A stretch of 63,996 bases of DNA, the filler included, from Globobulimina sp. (Eukaryota), in NCBI GenBank assembly GCA_003354225.1. It is 7 parts of 7 records of this genome, joined end to end, with 100 filler letters (N's around TTAATTAATTAA, not from the genome) between each part and the next. Parts side by side here need not be neighbours in the genome. Positions count along the whole stretch, not along the records: positions 1 to 9,195 come from PIVH01000048.1; positions 9,296 to 18,478 come from PIVH01000049.1; 5 more parts are not named here. One strand, written 5' to 3'. The position numbers and the translations under genes were made by a program. Of this stretch, positions 1-10,093 are shown one piece after another. A model generated the notes under the pieces. The model saw only the letters and a list, made by a program, of their open reading frames with translations, was not told the origin of the DNA and did no database searches. How positions within the stretch are numbered: the first letter of the stretch is position 1; every line of letters begins with the position of its first letter.

Positions 1-582
1 TTTGGAAGGAAAATAGGTTAATAATAAAATGTTAAAGGTAACATTTAACTTTTTGCTTTTCAGTTTGAAATTACTGTTTTTTACTGTAAACTCTTTGAAT
101 TTACAGTTTTTTACAGATTGTTCAAAATATTCATTTCAATATTATATTCATTTCAATGGAGCTTATGCAATAGCTGACAAATGGATGCCTGCGTCATACT
201 CTGCCTTAGGCAAAAGCAAAAAAGATCGCAAGCCATATTATTATTCTGTGGTATTATTTGGATTAACTATTTTTAAATTATTAACCACTAAATATTTCAA
301 CAATGTTGCTTGGTATATTTGTGAGTATCTTGGCATTCTTGAAAACAACTTTGGATGGAATGACGATAGTAACAAATATGGCTTTATTGAAGAATTTGAG
401 TATCATTTTGTACATAATCTGTGTACTTTTAATAAGCGCGGAATATTTCTATTCAAATATGTCACAATAATAAGTTTAGTTCAAGTGTCCGCAACCACTG
501 TGACAAGCATAAATACACCAGAAGAGCCTCATAAATTAAAATAATACGCGTGCTCTAAAAAGAAAGAATCCGACACTTCAAT

Positions 583-1316
583 GTGAATACTGTTGGCAAT
601 TCATGGATAAATCCGAAACGTCAATGGCCAGATATATTAAACATAGTGGTCGGTGTACATCGCGAAGATATTATGCTACCTCCGCAGCACCAACAACACC
701 ATTTAAATGGATATAAAAAAAAAAAGAAATCGAATAAAAATTATGAAAAAAAGAAAATTGATGCAAGTATTATTAAATTAGTGAGTGAGGAAGATGATGA
801 CAATGAAAATGGCACAAATATTTCGCATCAGAATGATTCAGAGGATGATTTAATAATAATAATAATAAGAATAATGATGATGACGATGACGATGAAATGG
901 ATGAGGCTGTTCACGAAATTGACGATGATTGTGCAAATCAAATAACGAAACTAAATAATGAATTAGCCTTTGATGTCTATACGAATATATCAGATATTGG
1001 CAGAGATAATAATAACAATAATAATAATAATAAAGAGCATGATGATACAGACAGTGTGCGACAGAATAAAAGAAGAAATATGCACGATGTTGTTAACAAT
1101 AATATGCGACTGGATGGTCCAAGATGTCAATGTTCTGGTTGCAAGAACGGAAATGATTGTTTGGTATATCACTGGTCAGTGGGTAATATTTGTTACAGGA
1201 AAAACGAAGAGTGCGTTATAAAGAAAATTGTACTCACCACCAATCCTCCGAGTGTTATAGTGTCACCTGTCGACGACCCTCAAATTAAATATAACGTCAA
1301 ATATATACAAATTTAA
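583..1316 (+). pseudogene. Low-complexity (K/N/D-rich) hypothetical ORF split by a 1-bp frameshift near 850
   Basis: ORF 583-945 drifts into IIIII/MMM, the out-of-frame reading of (AAT)n(GAT)n. One extra T at GATTTAAT gives NNNN..DDDD in frame with 897-1316, which has a Cys-rich CQCSGC tail. Confidence 0.4.
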
Positions 1317-1320
1317 AGTG

Positions 1321-1422
1321 ATTTAATATTGATTTAATATTGATGCAATATTAAATCAATATTAAATCAATATTAAATCAATATTAAATCAATATTAAAT
1401 CAATATTAAATCAATATTAAAT
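1321..1422. repeat. 11-bp minisatellite (CAATATTAAAT)x7 preceded by two inverted copies
   Basis: Direct units at 1346-1422; ATTTAATATTG x2 at 1321-1342. Confidence 0.95.
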
Positions 1423-1879
1423 TATATTAATTCATGTTACATTAATATTAAATTATAAATATTTGGTAAATCAAAATAATTGTAACAATTACATTATCTA
1501 AATTGTTGGCAGTGATTGGCATAAAACAATGGAGAAAGATTGGTCTGTTGAGCTGCAATATGTTAAAAGACATAATAAGGAACATTCATTGAGTAAAGAG
1601 TTAATATAGTACAGATTATACACAATATAATTATTCACAATAAAACTAACTTTCACTCAACTAACTTTCACTCAACAATGACACCTTGTCAATAATTGTA
1701 AAGGACAAAAGTCAATAAATACTTATCATTGTACGTCAAGTACGCTTTGGTGAATATCAACTGCTATAATTTGGCTATTGTCAAACCACGCACTGGTAAA
1801 ATCAAATTGCAACATCTTGGCAAGTGATATCGCAACAACTAAGAAACTGCAACAACACTTTTACGCAACAACTATCGAA

Positions 1880-3517
1880 ATGTCGTGGACCCATAGGAAA
1901 AATACCTATGTCAACGCATTAAAATCAAACAATAACAGTAATAGCAATAATTTTAGAAAAAGTGGCCGAAATAACGGTGCTCCCCCAACAGAAACGGAGT
2001 TAAAACGACGTAGTGATGCACGTATATTTCGTCAAAAGCGCGGGGCCGAAGAGCACAAAAAATTAGATGACATCTTCAAGAATTTCGCGTCGGAGGTGTC
2101 GTTTAACGAGCGCTTAGAATATAGGATAATTGGAGGACGACCTGGTTTTACCTTGTATTTTTTCAATATGTGCAAAGACAATAATCGCTATCTTGACGAC
2201 CCGAGACGTATTGATAAGATTTTTTCGAATCTATGCCCAATATGGGAAAAATTGAAGGCGTGGTGTGTCAGCCAAGGCACAAGACATAATTCCGGTGATA
2301 AATACGCAGAATTATCATTTGCGTGGGAAACGGACGAATTTGCGATCGAAGAAACCGGCATCACCAGCTTTGAAATGCTAGTCATGGCCAAGAGGAAATT
2401 CGTCGCAGCGATGACTGAATTGCGGGAAGCGGGAAATCATGCATTTACGAGAGCGCTGGGCAAGAAATATAGATTTTGGGTGGAACGACGGCGGTATGAT
2501 TCGCCAACGTCATTTAAATATGTCTGCAACAATGCATTCATATCATCCAAATTCAAGGATTCTAAGGCCTACGAAGATGATATCGCGTGCCAAGAGGCCC
2601 TGGCTGTTATTATTAAATCGCACAGCGGCTTCAAAGTCACGTGCGATCGCTTTGGAAACATAGCGAAGAATATTAGCGGCGCACTGTGTGTTACCTCGTC
2701 AAGCGAGATCGAGCTGAATTGGTTCAAGCGATCAGTTCGGTCATTAGCGGGACAAAAGGTGTATTGGACAGTATTTAAGGCGAAGAGCGAAATGGAGAAA
2801 CGGGAGAATTGGACGAATGACAAGAAACTGCAGATATTTAATGACAAGCAAATTGATGCAGGGCTCAACAAGGGAGTCAAATGGAGTTTGAGTGACGAGG
2901 AAATGGACACGGAATTAGTGGAAGAACTACGTAAACAATTCCCGTGTGACGAGGATGGTAACGTGTACATTAAGGACACACACGCAATGATGGCAGTGTT
3001 AAACGGCGAATGGGATCTATATACACACGATATTGTGTGCGACGTCCGAGTGAGATTAGCGGGCGAATGTGACGCAAAGCACAGTGAAGAAGAGGACGAT
3101 GCTCCGGACACTGATCTGGATATGGAAAAAGAGAGTGTTCCGGATGCTTCAGAAGCAGCCTCCGGAGTTCCTGTCGCCAACGCACACAATCAAAATGAAC
3201 ATGGAATGACTGTGAATGATCATAGCCTGCAATGGGACGAATCTACGCAATCCCAGCTTAGTCCGACCACGTTCGCTGACAAGGTAAAGCAGGACCAAAT
3301 CGCGAATCTGATACGCAACATAGAGTCCAAAGGTGGCAATATTACAAGCGATGAAGCTACGCGAATTCTGAATTACTGTCTGTGGAATGCCAATATTGTC
3401 GGCGAACTGTGCGGCGACAACTCCATTGCGAGAATTGACGGCAAAATTAAATTATCAGGAATTGAACGCTTCAATTCCGCCAAAGCTACGCAAAGGTTCT
3501 CATTTGATGGGAACTAA
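1880..3517 (+). CDS. LINE ORF1 protein (basic N-terminus, no recognised domain)
   Basis: Long intronless ORF (first ATG 1880) immediately upstream of ORF2; called by position. Confidence 0.7.
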   Translation: MSWTHRKNTYVNALKSNNNSNSNNFRKSGRNNGAPPTETELKRRSDARIFRQKRGAEEHKKLDDIFKNFASEVSFNERLEYRIIGGRPGFTLYFFNMCKDNNRYLDDPRRIDKIFSNLCPIWEKLKAWCVSQGTRHNSGDKYAELSFAWETDEFAIEETGITSFEMLVMAKRKFVAAMTELREAGNHAFTRALGKKYRFWVERRRYDSPTSFKYVCNNAFISSKFKDSKAYEDDIACQEALAVIIKSHSGFKVTCDRFGNIAKNISGALCVTSSSEIELNWFKRSVRSLAGQKVYWTVFKAKSEMEKRENWTNDKKLQIFNDKQIDAGLNKGVKWSLSDEEMDTELVEELRKQFPCDEDGNVYIKDTHAMMAVLNGEWDLYTHDIVCDVRVRLAGECDAKHSEEEDDAPDTDLDMEKESVPDASEAASGVPVANAHNQNEHGMTVNDHSLQWDESTQSQLSPTTFADKVKQDQIANLIRNIESKGGNITSDEATRILNYCLWNANIVGELCGDNSIARIDGKIKLSGIERFNSAKATQRFSFDGN

Positions 3518-3554
3518 GCATGGCTAGGCACCACTATTAATACCCATTGTAACT

Positions 3555-6500
3555 ATGAATAACGACCCCAAGCCCCCCCACTGTATTAATCATACGCTGC
3601 GCTGTGGAAATCACTCCTCACTTTCAAGCGCAGTTTCTGTACCAGCAGAGGAGTATAATTATAACTTATTTCAAAGTATGACATCGCGGGACGCCTCATT
3701 ATCTGGTTCGAATTTATTCGTTTCCAATGAGAGTGACGCCGGCGACATTGTTTTAAATCAACGTAATCAGCATAGTAATGTTGTAAATGTACCATTAGCA
3801 AATAATCCATATGGCGATATTGGAGCTCTTTCGAGTGAGGAAGATACCGCTTCAATGGATTCCTATTTAAACAATTTGAATGATTTAGAGTTAGAATCAA
3901 ATAAAAATGAATATAATCACACCTCAAACGAGTCTGACAATTCTGAGGATCGTGATTTAATTCTGCAAGATATTGAGAGCAGCAATAAATTGAGAGATGA
4001 CTTTCTATTCGAACGCAAGAACGGATTACTTATTTGTCAATGGAATGTGGATGGATTCACAAATAATATTAGGACCCATCTGCACTACATTATTTGTACC
4101 AAATGTCCAGATATTTTCGTATTGCAGGAAATGTATAAATTTTATGACAAAAATTGCAGTGATTGGAATGCCGTAATTAAAGGATATAAATCAATCAAAA
4201 TGAAGAAAGATGGATATGGCAAAGTTCTGGTATTAATTCGGAATGGCATACACCACGAACGTATAAATATAAATTTTAAACATAATAATGTCATCGATAA
4301 ACGCATTGAATCATTGAATGAGTTTGACTCGGACTTTGAAGCAAAGCGTACGAATTTATTAATGACCAAATTGTATACAATCACTTTGAAGGTGTATAAC
4401 AACACTATGGCGCAAGCATTTATTATAAATACGTACTATCGTCCACAAAATGGCTCGCCGCAGGGATCGGATATAAATCTGATACTGAAATATTACGGGC
4501 TTTTAGTCAAGAAACCAGCCATTAAGAACCACCCAGTTTGGACAGGAGGCGACTTTAACGCCCATAACAATGCATGGTTCAACGGAGAAATTCGGAGTTC
4601 GAAGGCACAGAAATGTGGCGACATTCTATCAGATTGGATATATAAAAACAAATGGAATGTCCTAAACGACGGTGAACCAACAAGGATCAGAAAGAAACAA
4701 AGAACCGCTCCAGATGTGGTCATTACAAATAGCAGAACGAAGGACGATGATTGGAAGTGTTGGTCGGAGGATTTGAGTGATTTTGATGAGAAACGCTATT
4801 TATCTGACCATGTATGCTTATATTCGTATCATAGTGGCAGCGATTTATACGAAGTATGTCCCGATGAGTTTGTCATAAAAATGGGAGAAGACAGGAATTG
4901 GGATAAATGGGAGAAGGAGTTAGCTATCAAAGTGGCGGAATGGAACGGAAAGTACGGTGATAAAATCAACAAACTCATTGACCATTACTTGGAAGTATAC
5001 GGCAATGGGAATTGCGATATAAATCGCCGGTACCTGAAGGACCACGTTGGCTTATCCGAAGATGACATTATTGAAGCGGTAGAAGTGTATTTTAAGCGGG
5101 TTATCATTGATACATCCATCAACGCTCTCGGACTTAGAAAGAAATCAAAGGGCAAAAGCATGCCGTGGATGACCATGGAGATTAAAAATGCCATTTCGGG
5201 CTTCAAATCGTATAAACAAAGATTCGAATCGTTCTCAAAAAAGAAAAAGAGGAAATGTAAAGGGATATTGAATGCAAAAAGAGCGATTAGAAATGAACTA
5301 TGCGAAAATGGTAAAATCGCATGGTTGAGAGACGAAATTAGGTCAATGGGCAACGAGGGACGCATGCCATGGAAGAAAATAAACGCGATAATCAAAAATG
5401 ACAAAGCCGCATCGGATATGATACCGGTTTGGTATAATCGTGACGGCACAATCAACGCTATTAAATCGAGCGAAAAAGCCGCAAATTATCTGAATTATAT
5501 CCATCGATTTGACGATGACGAAATGGAGGAAGAAGTGGAGAAAGTGGAAAATAGAAAGTTTGATAAGATTGTAAATGATTATAATCAATCAAACAGAAAG
5601 AAATTTGGTACGAAGCTGCACAGAGAAGAAACAATCAAAATGAATTCGATTATGCGACGTGATGAAACCAAGAAAATTATTATGTCATTCAGTAGGAAGA
5701 AGGCAGGGAATTCGGATAAGTCAAATTATGTTTTGTTGCAGAATGGTATCGATATCTTAGGAGAGGGTTTATATCGATGCTATAATATCTTATTCATCCT
5801 TGGAATCCGAGTCAAATTCATGAATGTCCGGGAAATTTCGTTAATCCTGAAAGCAGGGAAAGAGGCAAAGTATATGGATAGTTACCGACCGGTCGCGCTC
5901 CTGTCAAGCTGCAGCAATCCTTTTGACAAATGGATGGCTGGCAGGTATCTAACATATGGAATCAAAATGAGAATTATTAGACTGCGGCACTTTGGCTTCA
6001 TCAAAGGGGTCGGCTGCAACGACACCATCGCTTATTTAGTTGAACTGATATGGAACAATCGAATAATTCGCAGGGAGACGCACGTCATTTTGATCGATTT
6101 CAAAGCAGCGTTTGATACTTTGCAGCATAAAATGATTTTAGATTGTATGGAATTTGAGATTGGTGTCACAGGATTTGCTTTGAGATATTTATACGTCGCC
6201 TTAGAATATCGTTGGGGCCGTGTCAAAGTATATGGATTTTACAGCGAATGGCGCCAAGACGTCATCTTCATATTCTTCTCAATTGAGTTTGACGTCGTAA
6301 ATGAGCTGAATTTGGGACTTACGCTGATTGGATACGCGGATGATAACAATCTGGTGTCCGATGGGTCTGTACATGGCAAGAAGTTGGAGGAGAATATGCA
6401 GTTTGCAGTGGACTTAATATGTTACATTGCGAAGAAGAAGCGATTGTTTCTTCAGCCGAAGAAGCAAAATTACATTGTGATCGATGACAGATTAAACAAA

Positions 6501-8684
6501 AAGAAACACGAAAAGATGTACTATAACATCACGATGGATGGTAAGGAGATTACGAAGAAATATTCGCCGGTGAAATATCTCGGTGTATGGATTGATTGGA
6601 ATTTAAATTGGGACCATCAGTATGCGACCACCATTAGTAACGCCCGGAGAGCATTTATTAACATTTATAATCGATATAAATATGCATCGGATATGCTGGC
6701 TAAGTATCTCGTGAATATCTACAAAGCCTTCGTTTTCCCGAAGATATTATATGCTGCAGAGATATGGTACTCTGACAAGCATCCATTGACACAGAAATTG
6801 CGGGCGCTGTACAATGACATGATTCGTCACTGTAACGGTACGAATAGATCAAATCCCATAACATGGCAGCATGTACAAATTGGGGAATCTGATTTAGCCC
6901 AAACGGTTAAACAAAAAAAGTCAACATTCTGGTCACGGCTGCTTAGATCACCAACCTCCAACGTTCTCAGTCAAATTATTAAGGATAAATATTGGACGGC
7001 ATGGAGCGCGGAAAGAGTGATTGATGACACTTTCTCTTCCAAAGCACGTGAGAGCCAAATGAATGATAGTAAGCCACAGAATGATTTGGATATTGTTATA
7101 AATAACAAAATCCGAAGGAATGGGATGAATAAGGAATGGACGTTCAAAGAAAACAAGCGCCACGTTCATGGGTACAAAGATAAGAAGACTTCGCCGAATA
7201 AATATAGAATGCGATTCAAAGGACGCTATCACATTTTATACGAAATATTTGACGAAGCTAAAAATGCAAAGAACTCCGATTACATTTTTATGAAGGATAT
7301 CGATTTCGGACTTATTCCGAAACGGATTTCACATCAAAATGATTTCATTCCCATACCAAGAAACCTGACGTACCAATCGAGCCGCAATGACGCCGAGAAA
7401 CTATCATTCAGTAAAAAGTGGGTCAGACAGTGGGCGGACACGCTTTTTTGTCACGATGGAGATCCACAAAATATTTACAAAGTGGAAGACAAGAACATTC
7501 AGCTTTTATTCTCCGATGGTTCGAATAAAGACATGTTTGGAGGCGCCGGCTATTGGTCATGTAATTTAAAGTATTATTTGGAGGAAGCAGACTTAGATGA
7601 ATTGAGGCGAACCAATTACGTGTCAATGAATCGTAACAGCTCCAATGGAGTCAGTGATTATTGCTATGGAGCATACCATACTGGAATAAGAAGCTCGATC
7701 GACCATTGTGAACTGGATGCAGCTATCCATGGAATCTCTGATTTATATAGATATTGTTATGACATATTCAATGTCAATGAAAAAGATGTGCCAGGATATG
7801 TTTGTATTGCTATCGACAGCGAAACAGTGGTAAAATGGCTGGCTGGCGAATGGCACTCGAACGATCCATTAATTTGCGACAAAATCAGAAGATTCTATGA
7901 GGCGGTAAGCGATTTAGCTGACTTCAACATCGATGTAAATATTATATGGGTGAAGGCCCACAATAATGAGATTGGTAACGAAGCTGCCGATGACATGGCG
8001 AAAGCGGCCATGTATGACATTTATCAGACGCGGAATTGGAACGAGGTTGAGAAGATTTATTCGAATACGGAGTGGATAAATTACGGCATGAAAGCAGTAA
8101 AGAAAGAAAATAAACGATACGGGCTATATAATACTTTAAATAAATGGTCTAAGTATCGAGAGAGAAGAGGAAGCAGTGGAGACAGTGGTGATGCACTGAC
8201 AAAGAATTTGATTGATTGGGAGATAGGTTATCACTATGCCTATAAATATGAACTGAATAATCTGTATCGATGGCAATGGTGCATCATTACGCAATTGCGA
8301 TGTGGCCATAATTGTTTGAATGCGCAAAGAAAGTATGGTATTGAGACGAAAATGTGTGCCCACAATGCCTGTATCAACGAAGAAGAAAATCTGAAGCACT
8401 TTATTTGGAATTGCCCACAGTATGAGCCATATCGATCGAATATGGTTGAAGCGATGAGTGATTTGTATCAAGTGGCTCATGATATGAGCTTTATGGATTC
8501 CGATTACAATAATTTGATTAAATTTATGTTATTTCCGTATCAATTGGAACTATCGGAGGATGACATAAAAAATGATAAGCAGAAACGAATAAGTTTATTG
8601 GACAAAAGAATAGAAATTTTGAAACATTTATGCGATTATGTAAAACAAACGAAGCGATTCGAAAGCGAATCAATGACTCAATAG
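3555..8684 (+). CDS. LINE ORF2: AP endonuclease + reverse transcriptase + RNase H + CCHC finger
   Basis: APE motifs: WNVDG, LQE, GDFNAH, PDVVIT, SDH. RT motifs: YRPVALL, HFGF, IDFKAAFD, YADD, KYLGV. RNase H motifs: FSDGS, CELDA, IDSE, WVKAH..GNEAADDMAK. C-terminal CAHNAC..HFIWNC. Confidence 0.95.
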   Translation: MNNDPKPPHCINHTLRCGNHSSLSSAVSVPAEEYNYNLFQSMTSRDASLSGSNLFVSNESDAGDIVLNQRNQHSNVVNVPLANNPYGDIGALSSEEDTASMDSYLNNLNDLELESNKNEYNHTSNESDNSEDRDLILQDIESSNKLRDDFLFERKNGLLICQWNVDGFTNNIRTHLHYIICTKCPDIFVLQEMYKFYDKNCSDWNAVIKGYKSIKMKKDGYGKVLVLIRNGIHHERININFKHNNVIDKRIESLNEFDSDFEAKRTNLLMTKLYTITLKVYNNTMAQAFIINTYYRPQNGSPQGSDINLILKYYGLLVKKPAIKNHPVWTGGDFNAHNNAWFNGEIRSSKAQKCGDILSDWIYKNKWNVLNDGEPTRIRKKQRTAPDVVITNSRTKDDDWKCWSEDLSDFDEKRYLSDHVCLYSYHSGSDLYEVCPDEFVIKMGEDRNWDKWEKELAIKVAEWNGKYGDKINKLIDHYLEVYGNGNCDINRRYLKDHVGLSEDDIIEAVEVYFKRVIIDTSINALGLRKKSKGKSMPWMTMEIKNAISGFKSYKQRFESFSKKKKRKCKGILNAKRAIRNELCENGKIAWLRDEIRSMGNEGRMPWKKINAIIKNDKAASDMIPVWYNRDGTINAIKSSEKAANYLNYIHRFDDDEMEEEVEKVENRKFDKIVNDYNQSNRKKFGTKLHREETIKMNSIMRRDETKKIIMSFSRKKAGNSDKSNYVLLQNGIDILGEGLYRCYNILFILGIRVKFMNVREISLILKAGKEAKYMDSYRPVALLSSCSNPFDKWMAGRYLTYGIKMRIIRLRHFGFIKGVGCNDTIAYLVELIWNNRIIRRETHVILIDFKAAFDTLQHKMILDCMEFEIGVTGFALRYLYVALEYRWGRVKVYGFYSEWRQDVIFIFFSIEFDVVNELNLGLTLIGYADDNNLVSDGSVHGKKLEENMQFAVDLICYIAKKKRLFLQPKKQNYIVIDDRLNKKKHEKMYYNITMDGKEITKKYSPVKYLGVWIDWNLNWDHQYATTISNARRAFINIYNRYKYASDMLAKYLVNIYKAFVFPKILYAAEIWYSDKHPLTQKLRALYNDMIRHCNGTNRSNPITWQHVQIGESDLAQTVKQKKSTFWSRLLRSPTSNVLSQIIKDKYWTAWSAERVIDDTFSSKARESQMNDSKPQNDLDIVINNKIRRNGMNKEWTFKENKRHVHGYKDKKTSPNKYRMRFKGRYHILYEIFDEAKNAKNSDYIFMKDIDFGLIPKRISHQNDFIPIPRNLTYQSSRNDAEKLSFSKKWVRQWADTLFCHDGDPQNIYKVEDKNIQLLFSDGSNKDMFGGAGYWSCNLKYYLEEADLDELRRTNYVSMNRNSSNGVSDYCYGAYHTGIRSSIDHCELDAAIHGISDLYRYCYDIFNVNEKDVPGYVCIAIDSETVVKWLAGEWHSNDPLICDKIRRFYEAVSDLADFNIDVNIIWVKAHNNEIGNEAADDMAKAAMYDIYQTRNWNEVEKIYSNTEWINYGMKAVKKENKRYGLYNTLNKWSKYRERRGSSGDSGDALTKNLIDWEIGYHYAYKYELNNLYRWQWCIITQLRCGHNCLNAQRKYGIETKMCAHNACINEEENLKHFIWNCPQYEPYRSNMVEAMSDLYQVAHDMSFMDSDYNNLIKFMLFPYQLELSEDDIKNDKQKRISLLDKRIEILKHLCDYVKQTKRFESESMTQ

Positions 8685-9195
8685 GAGTTAGTTAATTATG
8701 TATGACTTGTCGACAAAGTAACATTTTGTTTACATGTTGAGATAACTCTCATTTCTTTTTATTTTATCTTTTATGGTGTTTGAGTTTATGTGGTGTGATA
8801 TATACAACGTTTGGCGTGCGATTTGTTTGTTATTACTGTGTTTACAGTAATTTATCCTCGAGTTACGAACTTTTGTGCGTGTTGTTTTGTATCGCAAAGT
8901 TTATTTATTTAATTAGAGTTTTCATCAGTTTTGTACAATACATTATGCAACATACCAATGTGCCTTACAATCCACGAAGAGGTCTTTCTCCATTGGAAAG
9001 ATTGCTATCAGTAGAAAGACTGCACTTGAGTCTTCTAATCACATGCAGACCTTGTCCGCGTCCTCTCTCCTATATACAAGTGCAGGCTGCGATTGTGACA
9101 CCTGCCAGCCATTCCTTTCAACCTTGCAAGATTGCTGCCAGAGTCACTTCCACTATTCCCAGTCGGCCGATGTGTGGAGATGTGCTTTACACAGT

Positions 9196-9295
9196 NNNNN
9201 NNNNNNNNNNNNNNNNNNNNNNNNNNNNNNNNNNNNNNNTTAATTAATTAANNNNNNNNNNNNNNNNNNNNNNNNNNNNNNNNNNNNNNNNNNNN
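9196..9295. other. Artificial contig linker (N44-TTAATTAATTAA-N44); same linker at 18479-18578, 27758-27857, 37020-37119, 46276-46375, 55391-55490
   Basis: Identical 100-bp spacer with stops in all six frames. The complete contigs decrease in size (9183, 9179, 9162, 9156, 9015 bp), as in a size-sorted concatenation. Confidence 0.98.
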
Positions 9296-9994
9296 GAAGT
9301 TGTTGGAGGATTTGGTGGATTTGTGGGTCAATGGCGTCTGGTACCGCATGTATTCATTGTTGACCCGTTTGGCATCGAGTTTGATGGCCAGCGACTGTGC
9401 GGTGATGGCATGGTCCACATTATGCATCATCTGCTCGTAGGAGATGTTGTTGTGACTGAGCTGTTTGCGTTTGTGTATGGTGTTGCTGTCTGCGATGGGC
9501 GTTAATGGCGCAGTTTGCGACTGAAAATGCGCAGAATTGTTGGAGAAGTTTGACAGTGAACGCTGAGTGTTGGTGTTGGGGTTGTTGTTGGTGGCAGCGG
9601 TTAAGAGGGTTTTTAGTTTGCTTTGGGTGGCGGTTAGATCAGAAATGTAGGAATCGCGCTGGTTTAAGGCTTGGATGTATTGCGATAGCTTGTTTTTAAA
9701 CATTAAGATGACTTCTTGCAATTTGAGCATGATCTCCCGCGATGACAGGATTTTGATCACGTTGGTGATTGGTGCGTGTATACCGTAGGAGTCGTGGCAT
9801 GAAAAGTATTGGATGTTGTCGACAGAGCCGTTGTGTCCATGTTCGATGGGCTCGATCAATTCAATGCCTACGTATTCTTTCATGAGGTCGTTTTGCATGT
9901 TTCCAATGTATTTTATTAGACCAATGCCTTGTTTGCCGCCATAGGCGGAGGTATAGACTAAGACTACGTCACCTTTATGGAGAGGTACTGACAT
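9296..9994 (-). CDS. CAP-Gly domain + coiled-coil protein (3' truncated by contig end)
   Basis: GLIKYIG..YVGIEL..GHNGSVDNIQYFSC..GIH is the CAP-Gly signature; likely ATG at 9994. Confidence 0.85.
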
Positions 9995-10093
9995 TATTTG
10001 AGTAACGTTGCACAACGTTTTGAATAAGGACAAGGACTGTAAAGAAGCTATGAAAAACACAATTTTTCAGGAAAAAAACTTCTAATTTGATCG

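Larger units (their letters stand above)
1880..8950 (+). mobile_element. Non-LTR retrotransposon (LINE, APE-RT-RNase H type); boundaries approximate
   Basis: Two intronless tandem ORFs 37 nt apart, GC-richer than the flanks, followed by a GT/T-rich 3' UTR. No target-site duplication or poly(A) identified. Confidence 0.9.

Noticed and set aside
29-544. 171-aa ORF at the window start
   Set aside because: The N-terminus is T-rich and intron-like and no family was recognised; possibly an exon, but unsupported.
2188-8480. Numerous antisense ORFs within the LINE and other long genes
   Set aside because: Shadow frames of real coding sequence.
9240-9251. TTAATTAATTAA palindrome recurring every ~9 kb
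   Set aside because: Artificial linker inside N runs; genes on either side are not neighbours.
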